From Chitinivibrionales bacterium (lineage in GTDB: Bacteria; Fibrobacterota; Chitinivibrionia; Chitinivibrionales; WJKA01): a stretch of DNA of 64,000 nucleotides. The translations under genes were made by a program, and so were the position numbers. Positions 11,038 through 20,855 of the stretch are shown piece after piece (the stretch's first letter is position 1; each line of letters begins with the position of its first letter). The notes beneath the pieces are model-generated. The model had not been told where the DNA came from. It saw only the letters and a list, made by a program, of their open reading frames with translations, and searched no databases. The stretch is taken from assembly GCA_038247415.1 (NCBI GenBank), contig JBBRUX010000016.1, positions 1-64,000 on the forward strand, in the 5' to 3' direction.

Positions 11038-11211
11038 ATGAGTCTGCAACAATTGCTTGATGAAGTCGAAGTTCTTAAGGCTGAGTACGACAAATTCGAA
11101 CACGGGAATAATGCTGCTGGCACACGTGCACGCAAAGCTCTGCAAAGCATTAAAACAATAGCTCAAGATTTGCGCATTAAAATTCAAGAGAAAAAAACAA
11201 CTGTAGCCTAA
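11038..11211 (+). CDS. Histone H1-like (Hc1-family) small protein, not in ORF track
   Basis: 57 aa MSLQQLLDEVEVLKAEYDKFEHGNNAAGTRARKALQSIKTIAQDLRIKIQEKKTTVA; GN-x-AAGTRARK signature; AAGGAG RBS; terminator downstream. Confidence 0.8.
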   Translation: MSLQQLLDEVEVLKAEYDKFEHGNNAAGTRARKALQSIKTIAQDLRIKIQEKKTTVA

Positions 11212-11268
11212 GGGGCACAGGCAAGCGCGAGCTTTGGTCTGCTCGTTTTTCTCAAAGAATTGGCATCT

Positions 11269-11304
11269 AACTGTCTTATAGGTTACTATAAGACAGTTTT
11301 TTTT
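11269..11304 (+). terminator. Rho-independent terminator
   Basis: Perfect 13-bp stem AACTGTCTTATAG/CTATAAGACAGTT followed by T run. Confidence 0.75.
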
Positions 11305-11439
11305 ATTCCAACAATTTTTTTTTTGCACCCGCGTATTTAACTTCGATTTGACCCATCAGGTATCCCTGATACATTTTTGTCTGCAATGTTTTTTGTGTTA
11401 TCTAACCCATTAGTATCTTTTTTCACGAGGTAGTGTCGT

Positions 11440-12387
11440 ATGTCGCAGAAGAATTCGATAATGCTGGAAGTGAAAGATCTTAACAAGAAGTATGGAGAAT
11501 TCCATGCTGTCAAGGATCTCAATTTTCAGATTCAAAAAGGTGAGGTTTTGGGTTTTTTAGGGCCCAATGGCGCAGGGAAAACAACCACCATGCGCATTAT
11601 CACTTGTTTTATTCCATTAACAAGTGGTAGTGTCACCGTTGATGGCTTGGATATCCGATTGCACGATCTGGATATTCGCAAGAAAATTGGCTATCTACCA
11701 GAAAGTACTCCACTCTATAACGACATGCTCGTAGCGGAGTATTTAGCATTTGCAGGAGAGCTGCGAGGGCTCAAGGGTTCAATTCTCACCAAGAGAATCG
11801 ATGACATGTACCAGGTGTGTGGATTGGGTAATATGGCCCGACGTCAAATTGGGAAATTGTCAAAAGGATATCGCCAGCGTGTTGGTCTTGCTCAGGCGCT
11901 TTTGCATAACCCTGACCTTCTCATTCTCGACGAACCAACATCAGGCCTCGATCCTAACCAGATTATCGAAATTCGTCAACTCATTAAAAATATCGGCCAA
12001 GAAAAAACCGTTATTTATTGCAGTCATATACTTTCGGAAGTGTCTGCAACCTGTAGCCGAATTCTTATCATCAACCAGGGACGCATTGTTGGTGCCGGTA
12101 CACCCGAGGAACTCATTACCCAACGTGGTGGAACAAGTCGTTATTCAATGCGCGTTAAAGCCGATAAAGCATCGCTTGTTACAAAGCTCAACCAGATTGA
12201 GGGCGTAGCCGATGTGGCAGCATCTGAGACAAAGGGATGGTGTGATGTGCATGCTTCGGTTGCACGCTCAGAGGATATAGGGGAAGAGTTTTTTAAATGT
12301 GTTGCCGCAAATGGCTGGGTTCTGTCGGAACTCAAGCGCGATACGGTAAGTCTCGAAGATGTTTTCACCCAGCTTACGAGAGGATAA
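11440..12387 (+). CDS. ABC transporter ATP-binding protein (GldA-like)
   Basis: GPNGAGKTT Walker A, LSKGYRQR signature, LILDEPT Walker B. Confidence 0.92.
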   Translation: MSQKNSIMLEVKDLNKKYGEFHAVKDLNFQIQKGEVLGFLGPNGAGKTTTMRIITCFIPLTSGSVTVDGLDIRLHDLDIRKKIGYLPESTPLYNDMLVAEYLAFAGELRGLKGSILTKRIDDMYQVCGLGNMARRQIGKLSKGYRQRVGLAQALLHNPDLLILDEPTSGLDPNQIIEIRQLIKNIGQEKTVIYCSHILSEVSATCSRILIINQGRIVGAGTPEELITQRGGTSRYSMRVKADKASLVTKLNQIEGVADVAASETKGWCDVHASVARSEDIGEEFFKCVAANGWVLSELKRDTVSLEDVFTQLTRG

Positions 12388-12391
12388 TGTC

Positions 12392-13108
12392 ATGGAACAC
12401 ATAGCAGCAATATTTAAAAAAGAATTTAAGGCGTATTTCTTATCGCCTATCGCGTATATCTTTATTACGGTGTATCTGGTTGTTACCAATGCACTCTTTT
12501 TCCAAAGTTTTTTTCTCATGAATCAAGCGGATATGCGCGGGTATTTCGCACTGCTTCCTTGGATTTTTCTCTTTTTTATTCCTGCCATCACTATGAGGGT
12601 ATGGGCAGAAGAGAAAAAAATGAAGACACTTGAGCTCTTATTGACATGGCCGCTTTCCGATGTGGAAGTTGTTGTAGGAAAGTTTTTGGCAAGCTTTTGC
12701 TTTTTGGCTGTCTCGATACTCCTCTCGATTACTGTCCCCGTTACCATCATGATTTTAGGCCGGCCAGATCTTGGGCCAATCATTGGAGGGTACTTAGGGG
12801 CACTCCTTATGGGTGGAGCATATCTTGCAATTGGCTTGTGGGTGAGTTCTCTTACGGAAAATCAGATTACTGCATTCATTGTTGGTGTTGTGTGTACGTT
12901 TGTCATGTTTATCATTGGCAACCCTTTTATTACCATGGCAGCCCCTGCATTTTTGGTTCCTACACTCACGTATCTGGGGCTAGGAACTCACTTCGAATCG
13001 ATTGGCCGTGGGGTTGTCGATTCACGTGATATTATTTATTACATCTCGGTGATCTGGTTCTTCCTTTTCCTCAATATCCGTTCCATCGAAAGCAGGAAGT
13101 GGGAATAA
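12392..13108 (+). CDS. ABC-2 permease (GldF-like)
   Basis: KEFKAYFLSPIAY, PAITMR.WAEEKK..TLELLLT; ATG after AGGA RBS. Confidence 0.88.
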   Translation: MEHIAAIFKKEFKAYFLSPIAYIFITVYLVVTNALFFQSFFLMNQADMRGYFALLPWIFLFFIPAITMRVWAEEKKMKTLELLLTWPLSDVEVVVGKFLASFCFLAVSILLSITVPVTIMILGRPDLGPIIGGYLGALLMGGAYLAIGLWVSSLTENQITAFIVGVVCTFVMFIIGNPFITMAAPAFLVPTLTYLGLGTHFESIGRGVVDSRDIIYYISVIWFFLFLNIRSIESRKWE

Positions 13109-13110
13109 GT

Positions 13111-14898
13111 ATGGCATCAACAAAAAATACCTATCGCTCTCAATCGCTTATCTTCATTGCCGTTATTCTTGGCATTGTTGCTGTTGTAAATTATCTGGGC
13201 ACCCAGAAATTTGCTCGTCTCGATTTTACCCAAAACCATGCATATAGCATTTCGCCTGCAACCAAGCGCATTGTTCGCAATCTCGATGATATTGTCAATA
13301 TCAATGTCTATTTTTCAAAAAATTTGCCATCGCAAATGAAGCGGACCGAAACAGATGTCCGAGATATTCTCTCTGAGTATTCGGCATTTGCAGGAAAGCA
13401 TCTCAAGATCACCTGGATCGACCCTAGTGTTTCCGATGAGGAAAAAGGAAAAGTTCGGGCTCTTGGAATCCCCGAAATTCAGATGCAGTCGTACGAAAAA
13501 GACAAGGCTCAGGTTGTCAATGGTTACGTCGGCATTGCAATTTTATATGCCGATAAAAAAGAGGTTATTCCAGTTGTCCAAAATTTGGGCAATTTCGAAT
13601 ATGATCTTACTCAGGCTATTATGAAAGTTGTGAGAACTTCGGTTCCAAAAGTTGGTGTTCTTAAAACCGACACTTTTGGATACGTTCCTCCCGAGGTTAT
13701 GCAACAGATGAAGATGAACAATATTAAAGACAAGACCGAAGAACAATACAAGCCTGTTTTTGATCAGCTTCGCCGCAACTACGATGTCAAGACAGTCGAC
13801 CTTTCGAGTTTCGAACCAATCGATACTTCAATTAAAACACTTATTATCCCTGGTGGTGAGGAAGCGTTTTTTACCGATCGTCGTATTTTCGAAATCGATC
13901 AGTTTTTTATGCGGGGCGGAAATCTTATCGTTTGTCCCGACGCTGTGAAAATTTCATTTGAGCAGGGTGTCAATGCAGTCGCTCAAAATCCTAAAATTAT
14001 AGCCCTTCTAGAAAATTATGGCGCACGGCTCGAAAAAAGCCTTGTTCTCGATGCATCATGCGGACAGGTTCAGGTACCTCAAAACTTTGGCGGTTTTCGC
14101 ATGAATGTTGCGGTACCTTACCCGTATTTTGTTAGGGTTCTGCCTCAGTATACCAATCAGAATATTCCCGCAGTTGCTTCTGTCAATGAATTGTTAATCC
14201 CTTGGGCAAGCCCTATTACGCTTCTGGTTGATTCCATCCCCATGAGTGGTAAAGTCAAAAATAGTGCGTCTAATGGCGATAAAGTTATGGGAACAGTTCT
14301 GGTTAAATCTTCCGAAAAGAGCTGGACAGTTTCTGGCTACTTTGATCTTAACCCACAGCAGAAATGGGCTCCTCCAGAAAACAAGGTTTCGCAAAGCAAT
14401 CTGATTGTGTATTTGTCGGGAAAGTTTAACAGCATGTATGCTGATAAGCCTATTCCTCTTACAAAAGATACGACGGCTGCTGATAGCGCTACTAAGTCTT
14501 CGGTTCTTTCGCAGGTAGACAAAGACGTTACCCGCACGGTTATTAGGAAATCCGTTCGCAAAGGTAACCTCATCATTGCTGGCGATTCCGATTTCCTTTC
14601 TGCACAAAATGCAACCGCAGGTTCTATTGCCTTTATTCTCAATGCTGTCGACTGGTTGACACAAGATGATAATCTTATTGGTATTAGAACTAGAACCCTG
14701 GATGATCGCCCACTTCAAAAAGATGCCCTTAAGGAAGGTTCGGCAGTTCCTTCTATTGTTCGTGGTGTCAACATTGTTCTCATGCCGATTATTGTAATTC
14801 TCATTGGCTTGGCGCTCTTTTTGAGTCGTCGTGAAAAAGCCGGAGTAGGATCACTTGCTACAGCTCCACAAAGCAAATCTCAGGAGAAAAAAGCATGA
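13111..14898 (+). CDS. GldG-like ABC auxiliary/substrate-binding protein
   Basis: N- and C-terminal TM helices, RLDFT...YSIS, EYDLTQAI, GDSDFL, NAVDWL. Confidence 0.85.
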   Translation: MASTKNTYRSQSLIFIAVILGIVAVVNYLGTQKFARLDFTQNHAYSISPATKRIVRNLDDIVNINVYFSKNLPSQMKRTETDVRDILSEYSAFAGKHLKITWIDPSVSDEEKGKVRALGIPEIQMQSYEKDKAQVVNGYVGIAILYADKKEVIPVVQNLGNFEYDLTQAIMKVVRTSVPKVGVLKTDTFGYVPPEVMQQMKMNNIKDKTEEQYKPVFDQLRRNYDVKTVDLSSFEPIDTSIKTLIIPGGEEAFFTDRRIFEIDQFFMRGGNLIVCPDAVKISFEQGVNAVAQNPKIIALLENYGARLEKSLVLDASCGQVQVPQNFGGFRMNVAVPYPYFVRVLPQYTNQNIPAVASVNELLIPWASPITLLVDSIPMSGKVKNSASNGDKVMGTVLVKSSEKSWTVSGYFDLNPQQKWAPPENKVSQSNLIVYLSGKFNSMYADKPIPLTKDTTAADSATKSSVLSQVDKDVTRTVIRKSVRKGNLIIAGDSDFLSAQNATAGSIAFILNAVDWLTQDDNLIGIRTRTLDDRPLQKDALKEGSAVPSIVRGVNIVLMPIIVILIGLALFLSRREKAGVGSLATAPQSKSQEKKA

Positions 14899-15977
14899 AC
14901 TCACGTAAGATAGCATTTTATGGAACAATACTTATTGTTATCGTTGGTATACTTGCACTTTCGCAATTTTTAGCACATCAAAAGCCTTCAGCAAAATCGC
15001 TTTTGTTTTTTCCTGCGTATTCAGATGCAACGGTGGGGGCTCTTTCTATAACCGATCAAGGAGGCACCGTTCGCCTCGAAAAAAAGTCGGGTACGTGGAG
15101 TGTTGTGACGCAAGCCACGCAAACCTCGCAGGCATCTCCACTTGGTCAAACACCAGGTGTTTCCCCTGCAGGTGAAAGTGCCGTTCCTTCGGTATCATCG
15201 TTTCCAGCCGATTCTGCTTCCATGGCGATTGCGCTGGAAAAAATTAAAGAAATGAAAATGGATCAACTCATTTCTGATAATATTGCTAAGCAAGAAGCTC
15301 TCGAAGTGGATACACTTAAGGGTTTGTTACTGCAAGTGTGGAATGATAAAGGAACGCTCATTGGCTCCGTTCGCATTGGTAAATCGGGGGCCGATTATAG
15401 TAGTAATTTTGTAAGACCCGTTGCCTCAAATAAGGTTTACAGCGTTGGCGGGAGTCCTCGGTTTGCTTTTTTTACCGATGTAAAACGGTGGCGTGATAAA
15501 TCGGTTCTCTCGTTTGATAAGGCATCGGTTCAAAAAGTATCAATTCAGAAAAAAGGTGGAACGCTTATTGAACTTGTTAAAACTGCTGATACGACCATGG
15601 TTTGGCAGGTAACAGGCCCATCTAAAGTGTCAACAAAAGCCAAACAGTCTGAAGTTGATGGATTGCTTGAAACTTTGTCGAAGTTTATGTGCGCCGATGT
15701 AGAAACAGATGCTTCATTAACCGATTCAGCAATGGGCTTTACTGTACCAGAACTGATTGTTACCACTGAACTTAAAAATAACGATAGGCCTATGATCACC
15801 GTGGGTGCCAAAAAGACCGGGCCAGAAAATCAATTTTGGGTTCGTGTTTCAGGAAAATCCTCTGTGTATCTTGTAAGTGATATGGATATTCAGAAGCTAG
15901 ACAAAAACGAATCTGGTTTGGCGGAAGTCCCTCCGGCACCACGTGGAGCCGTAGCTGTCCCAAAGAACAAAAAATAA
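14895..15977 (+). CDS. DUF4340-like membrane-anchored protein
   Basis: N-terminal TM, repeated beta-rich domain, WRDKSVL motif, typical fourth gene of GldAFG-type operons. Confidence 0.7.
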   Translation: MNSRKIAFYGTILIVIVGILALSQFLAHQKPSAKSLLFFPAYSDATVGALSITDQGGTVRLEKKSGTWSVVTQATQTSQASPLGQTPGVSPAGESAVPSVSSFPADSASMAIALEKIKEMKMDQLISDNIAKQEALEVDTLKGLLLQVWNDKGTLIGSVRIGKSGADYSSNFVRPVASNKVYSVGGSPRFAFFTDVKRWRDKSVLSFDKASVQKVSIQKKGGTLIELVKTADTTMVWQVTGPSKVSTKAKQSEVDGLLETLSKFMCADVETDASLTDSAMGFTVPELIVTTELKNNDRPMITVGAKKTGPENQFWVRVSGKSSVYLVSDMDIQKLDKNESGLAEVPPAPRGAVAVPKNKK

Positions 15978-16001
15978 GCATGTTGAGAATGCTTGGATGT
16001 C

Positions 16002-16040
16002 GCCCTTCTGGTGCTTTTTGCACCAGAGGGCCTTTTTTTT
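16002..16040 (+). terminator. Rho-independent terminator
   Basis: GCCCTTCTGGTGC/GCACCAGAGGGC stem followed by T8. Confidence 0.75.
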
Positions 16041-16064
16041 GTGGGTCTGAAAAAGCACGAGCGT

Positions 16065-16964
16065 ATGAAATCTATTCTTATCGTTGATGATAATCCAAAT
16101 GTCCGCTCGATGCTGCAGGCGCATCTTGCAAAGCGCTACACAGCCGATTCGGCTGAAGATGCATGTGCTGCGCTTGAAATGGTTGCTAAAAAAAACTACG
16201 ACATGATTATCTCCGATATTGAGATGGGTGGTATGAGCGGGCTTGATTTATTGCCAAAAGTTATAGCCTTGCAGCCTCAATGCGCACCCATGCTTATTAC
16301 GGGCTATGATATCGATAGGTATATTCCTCTTGCTGTTCGCAATCAAATTGGTTCCATTATGCCTAAGTCGGTACCGTTTGATTTTTTTATGCTCGATGTC
16401 ATGGTCGATGGGTTGCTTTGGGGGAATATCTTTGGGCTCAAACGATATCTCCGCGTTGGGGGAGAAGTTTTTGAACGGCTCTGCGTTAAAGGCTCCAGCG
16501 ACGCACGCTCCGTTCGCGACTGGATCGTCTCACGTTTTACGAGTCGTTTTGGAGATGCGGGAGATATGAACTTATTGCTCGATGAAGCTATCACTAATGC
16601 TGTGTATCACGCTCCTCGCAATGTAGATGGTTCCGAAAAGTATGTCGAATACGCGGATGTTTCGCTTCTGCCTCATGAGTATGTTTTTGTAGAATACGGG
16701 GTAGATTCAGAGAAATATGCTATCTCGGTAACCGATAATCAAGGCACTCTGAATGGCTCGGTTGTTCTTGATAGGCTTTCTCGCCAGGTGAGCGGAGTTG
16801 GGTTACGGGATGAGGGCGGAAGAGGCTTTCATATCGGCCGTATTTTTTCTGATGCGATGGTAGTAAATATTAAGCGATTGGCTTGCACCGAAGTGATACT
16901 CATGAACTATTTTTCTCCGCAGCGGAAGGCATCGCGACCGCTTTATATCAATGAAGTTTTATAG
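16065..16964 (+). CDS. Receiver domain fused to RsbW-like HATPase domain
   Basis: ILIVDD, ISDIEM, ITG, PK receiver motifs; DEAITNAVYH N-box, VTDNQG, GGRGF; start moved past the terminator. Confidence 0.8.
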   Translation: MKSILIVDDNPNVRSMLQAHLAKRYTADSAEDACAALEMVAKKNYDMIISDIEMGGMSGLDLLPKVIALQPQCAPMLITGYDIDRYIPLAVRNQIGSIMPKSVPFDFFMLDVMVDGLLWGNIFGLKRYLRVGGEVFERLCVKGSSDARSVRDWIVSRFTSRFGDAGDMNLLLDEAITNAVYHAPRNVDGSEKYVEYADVSLLPHEYVFVEYGVDSEKYAISVTDNQGTLNGSVVLDRLSRQVSGVGLRDEGGRGFHIGRIFSDAMVVNIKRLACTEVILMNYFSPQRKASRPLYINEVL

Positions 16965-16999
16965 GTCTAGCGATTGTGCTCTCATGCTAAGGGGATTCC

Positions 17000-17779
17000 A
17001 TGCTCAATACGTGTCGAGGAAAAAAGATAAAATTACAAGGATTTAATAATCTTACTAAATCGTTGAGTTTTAATATCTTCGATATTTGCTATGCGCGATC
17101 AAAATCGTCTCAGATGGATTATCTGGAGTATATCGATGAAGCGTATAATTCAAAAAAGCTTCAAAGCATCGCCGAAGAGGTTGCTAGTATCATCGAAGCG
17201 CGCATCGTTAATATGTCGACACAAGATTACGATCCTCGCGGGGCGAGCGTAACGGTACTCATTAACGAGGGACACCAAACAGCCCGCAATAATGGTGTTA
17301 CCGTGCATCTTGATAAAAGCCACTTGGCAATTCATACCTATCCAGAAAATAATGCCTCAACCGGCATTTCCACGTTTCGTGCGGATGTTGACGTATCAAC
17401 ATGTGGCATGATTTCTCCTCTGCGGGCTTTGGATTTTCTTATTGATAATTTCGAATCGGATATCGTATTGCTCGATTACAAGGTACGCGGATTTACTCGT
17501 GATGTAAACGGTCGTAAAATTTACATCGATCATGATATCACGTCTATTCAAGATTATATTTCCGATGAAATTCTTAAGCAGTATTCGGCCTATGATATTA
17601 ATATCGTTTCAGATAATATCTTTCATACTAAAATGATGGTGAAGAAATTTAAGCTTGAAAGTTATCTTTTTGGATCGGAAGTTGAAACTGTCAATGCTGC
17701 AAACCGCACCAAAATTACCAAGAATCTTAAAAAAGAGATGCAGGAAATTTTTGAGTGCGATAATATTTATGCGGAGTAA
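17000..17779 (+). CDS. speD: S-adenosylmethionine decarboxylase proenzyme (E. coli type)
   Basis: GFNNLTKSLSFN, HLDKSH cleavage site, HTYPE, VSTCG, VRGFTRD. Confidence 0.93.
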   Translation: MLNTCRGKKIKLQGFNNLTKSLSFNIFDICYARSKSSQMDYLEYIDEAYNSKKLQSIAEEVASIIEARIVNMSTQDYDPRGASVTVLINEGHQTARNNGVTVHLDKSHLAIHTYPENNASTGISTFRADVDVSTCGMISPLRALDFLIDNFESDIVLLDYKVRGFTRDVNGRKIYIDHDITSIQDYISDEILKQYSAYDINIVSDNIFHTKMMVKKFKLESYLFGSEVETVNAANRTKITKNLKKEMQEIFECDNIYAE

Positions 17780-17781
17780 GA

Positions 17782-18708
17782 ATGCCTAGAGATACTTCTC
17801 CAATTGTTAAACGTATTGTAACCGAAGATCTCAATCCGAACCTTGGGTTTTATTATACTGTCAAAAAAACGCTGTATGCTGGCGAAACTGACTATCAAAA
17901 AATCGAGCTTGTTGACACAGAAGAATTCGGCAAAGTCCTTTTGCTTGATGGCATAACACAGGTTGTAGAGAAAAACGATTATCAATATCATGAACCCATG
18001 GTTCATCCTGCCTTCTGCGCACACCCGAATCCGCAATCGGTACTTGTGATTGGTGGGGGTGATGGGTGCATATTGCGGGAGGTTTTGAAATATTCTTCTG
18101 TCAAGAATATTGAGTTTGTAGAGCTCGATGCAGATGTCATAAAGTTTTCGCGTAAATATCTGGGAGCGCTGCACAACAATTCATTTGACGATCCTCGCGT
18201 AATAATAACGGTGTGTGATGGTCGATCTTTTATTGAGAGCCGGCGTGGTGAATTTGATATCGTTATTATGGATATGACTGATCCTTTTGGTCCTTCGAGA
18301 ATGCTGTATACCAAAGAATTTTTTAGCTTAGTTAAACGGTCCCTTAAAGGGCCTAAAGGCCAATTTGTCATGCATACGCAATCGCCGATTACTCGTCCGG
18401 TGGCCTTTAATTGTATTCAGAGGACATTAAACTCGGTATTTGGAACCGTAAATATTTTTTATCTTTATATTCAAATGTATGCAACGCTGTGGTCGATTTC
18501 AGTGTGTTCCGAGAAGCTTGATCATGGTGTACGTACTCCACAGTCTATTGATAAACGATTGGCAACAGCAGGTATTTCTGGATGCAAAGTATATACAGGC
18601 GAGGCTCATAGAGCTATGCTCACGCCCTATCCGTATCTACGTGATATTCTTGCTAAAAAAACCAGAATTATCACCGACAGAAATCCTGATTTCCCAGATA
18701 GTTTTTGA
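17782..18708 (+). CDS. speE: Polyamine aminopropyltransferase (spermidine synthase)
   Basis: LLLDG, YHEPMVHP, VLVIGGGDG, VELD, MDMTDP. Confidence 0.88.
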   Translation: MPRDTSPIVKRIVTEDLNPNLGFYYTVKKTLYAGETDYQKIELVDTEEFGKVLLLDGITQVVEKNDYQYHEPMVHPAFCAHPNPQSVLVIGGGDGCILREVLKYSSVKNIEFVELDADVIKFSRKYLGALHNNSFDDPRVIITVCDGRSFIESRRGEFDIVIMDMTDPFGPSRMLYTKEFFSLVKRSLKGPKGQFVMHTQSPITRPVAFNCIQRTLNSVFGTVNIFYLYIQMYATLWSISVCSEKLDHGVRTPQSIDKRLATAGISGCKVYTGEAHRAMLTPYPYLRDILAKKTRIITDRNPDFPDSF

Positions 18709-18780
18709 AAAGAACATTAATAGTTTTTAGTATTGTCAACCTATGCAGCCGGTACAGCCGGCAGGAAAGAACGACTATTC

Positions 18781-19881
18781 ATGGATCATAAACGTGCAGA
18801 AGAATTGGTTGCCGTCCATGGAACGCCGACGCTTTTTCTCTCTGAATCGCGTCTGCGGGAGACCTATCGGACACTTGCATCGGCGTTGTCGGGGGTAGAG
18901 CTTTTTTATGCTCTTAAATCTAATTGTCATCCCGATATCCTTCGCATTCTGGACCGTGAAGGTGCTAGCTTCGATGTGTGTACCGGTGGGGAAATAGAAA
19001 TTTTAAAAGGGTGTGGCATTGCTGCATCCCGATGCATTCACACTCATCCTATCAAGACCGATAAAGAAATTCAGATTGCTCTGGATTTTGGTATATCCAT
19101 TTTTGTTGTTGATAATGAATTCGAGCTTGATAAATTGGTTCCTTATAAAGACAAGGCGCGCATTTTGGTTCGTATGGCAATTCAAAATCCTGCGGCTATA
19201 GTTAATTTGTCCCATAAATTTGGCGCAAAACCAACAAAGATGTTCGACCTTATTAAAAAGGCGCATGACATGGGCCTCTCGATTGCAGGAATCAGCTTTC
19301 ATGTGGGTTCACAAAGCGAAAACTCGCTTAAATACATGGAAGCGCTGGGGTATTGTCGGGATATTTGTAAAGCCGCGGCACTGGAAGGTATCCCTATTGA
19401 AATCATTGACATCGGGGGTGGATTTCCTATCAATTATATCAATGAGGCAATTCCGATTCAACAGTTTTGTCAACCTATTAACGAATATATCGAACGCTAT
19501 TTTTCTAATTACCGTGTTATTGCAGAACCAGGACGTGTTCTGAGTGGTCCGAGCATGACACTTGCCGCTACCATTGTGGGGAAATCTTTGCGCGAGGGAA
19601 TCTGGTGGTATTATCTCAATGAAGGTGTGTATGGTTCATTTTCAGGAAAAATGTATGATCATGCAGAATATCCTTTTTCCACGAAGCGACACGGTAAAAA
19701 GCATTCGTCAATTATTGCAGGCCCTACCTGCGATTCCATAGATGTTTTATATGAAAATATCAATTTACCCGATTTGTCAATTGGCGACATCTTGATTTTT
19801 GAATCGATGGGTGCCTATACTAATGCTAGTGCTAGTAATTTTAATGGCTTTGCTAAAGCCAAAATTGTCACAATCGATTAA
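18781..19881 (+). CDS. Fold-type III PLP ornithine/lysine decarboxylase
   Basis: FYALKSN, SFHVGSQ, DIGGGF, AEPGR, GPTCDSID, MGAY. Confidence 0.88.
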   Translation: MDHKRAEELVAVHGTPTLFLSESRLRETYRTLASALSGVELFYALKSNCHPDILRILDREGASFDVCTGGEIEILKGCGIAASRCIHTHPIKTDKEIQIALDFGISIFVVDNEFELDKLVPYKDKARILVRMAIQNPAAIVNLSHKFGAKPTKMFDLIKKAHDMGLSIAGISFHVGSQSENSLKYMEALGYCRDICKAAALEGIPIEIIDIGGGFPINYINEAIPIQQFCQPINEYIERYFSNYRVIAEPGRVLSGPSMTLAATIVGKSLREGIWWYYLNEGVYGSFSGKMYDHAEYPFSTKRHGKKHSSIIAGPTCDSIDVLYENINLPDLSIGDILIFESMGAYTNASASNFNGFAKAKIVTID

Positions 19882-19923
19882 TTACCCACTGCCGCCCAGC
19901 GGCAATAACGGTGAGGTGTTTGT

Positions 19924-20796
19924 ATGAATGATTCTCTTTCGTTTTCTTCGAGTAGCTCGTCATTGTGGATCGAAAATCTCGTTGACGGGTTAAGCGGTCT
20001 AACTATCAAGGCTAAGCATGCCGATTTTTGTGGTGCAAGTGCATTTCAAAAAATCGAAGTATTCGACACCTATTCCTACGGGCGCGTGCTCCTGCTTGCT
20101 GGTGCCATTGTGCTTACCGAACGTGACGAACATATTTACAGTGAAATGGCAACGCATCCTGCAATGCTTATGCATAAAGACCCCAAATCTGTTTGTATTA
20201 TTGGTGGGGGAGATGGTGGTTGTTTACGCGAAGTACTCAAACATCAAGGCGTAGAAAAAGTATGCGTGGTAGATATCGATGCAATGGTCAAAGACGCCAT
20301 TGAGACCTATTTTCCCGCACTTGCGAAGGGTTTTGCAGATCCACGGGCAACGCTTGTTATCAACGATGGATTTAAGTTTCTCGAAAAAACAGAAGAAAAA
20401 TTCGATGTTATTCTGGTGGATTCGTACGATCCGGGAGGCCCTGTGCAATCGCTTGAAACGGCAAATTTTTATCGTTTTGTCTCCGAGCATGTGGCACCAA
20501 ATGGTATTGCCGTATTTCAAACAGATTCTCCGGTTATCAAGGGCGAATTTATTCGCAGGACAGCTTTGGGAATCTCTCCTTTTTTTGCCGCCTACAAACC
20601 ATGTGTGTGTACAATTTCCTCCTTTCCGGGTGGCGTATGCAGCTTCCTTGTGTGTAGCTCAAACGAGGCAGTTCTTGCCCCATTCGACGAAAAACGATAC
20701 AGAAGTATTGCTGCAACGTGTCGGTATTATAACAAGGATATTCATACGGGGGCATTTTTGCTACCGCAGCATATCAGGAATTTGCTAACATTTTAA
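19924..20796 (+). CDS. Second spermidine-synthase-family protein
   Basis: YSEMATHP, IIGGGDGG, VDID, VDSYDP; LLLAG replaces the usual LxLDG. Confidence 0.85.
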   Translation: MNDSLSFSSSSSSLWIENLVDGLSGLTIKAKHADFCGASAFQKIEVFDTYSYGRVLLLAGAIVLTERDEHIYSEMATHPAMLMHKDPKSVCIIGGGDGGCLREVLKHQGVEKVCVVDIDAMVKDAIETYFPALAKGFADPRATLVINDGFKFLEKTEEKFDVILVDSYDPGGPVQSLETANFYRFVSEHVAPNGIAVFQTDSPVIKGEFIRRTALGISPFFAAYKPCVCTISSFPGGVCSFLVCSSNEAVLAPFDEKRYRSIAATCRYYNKDIHTGAFLLPQHIRNLLTF

Positions 20797-20855
20797 GGCG
20801 CTCAATACGTGTTGATGCGCTATTGGACGGAACATTTTTCGTAAGGTAAAGACGC

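Noticed and set aside
11011..11328. 105-aa minus-strand ORF
   Set aside because: Antisense shadow of the histone-H1-like gene and its terminator.
11440..15977. Gliding-motility locus
   Set aside because: GldAFG-like ABC operons are widespread in non-gliding bacteria and no motor genes are present here.
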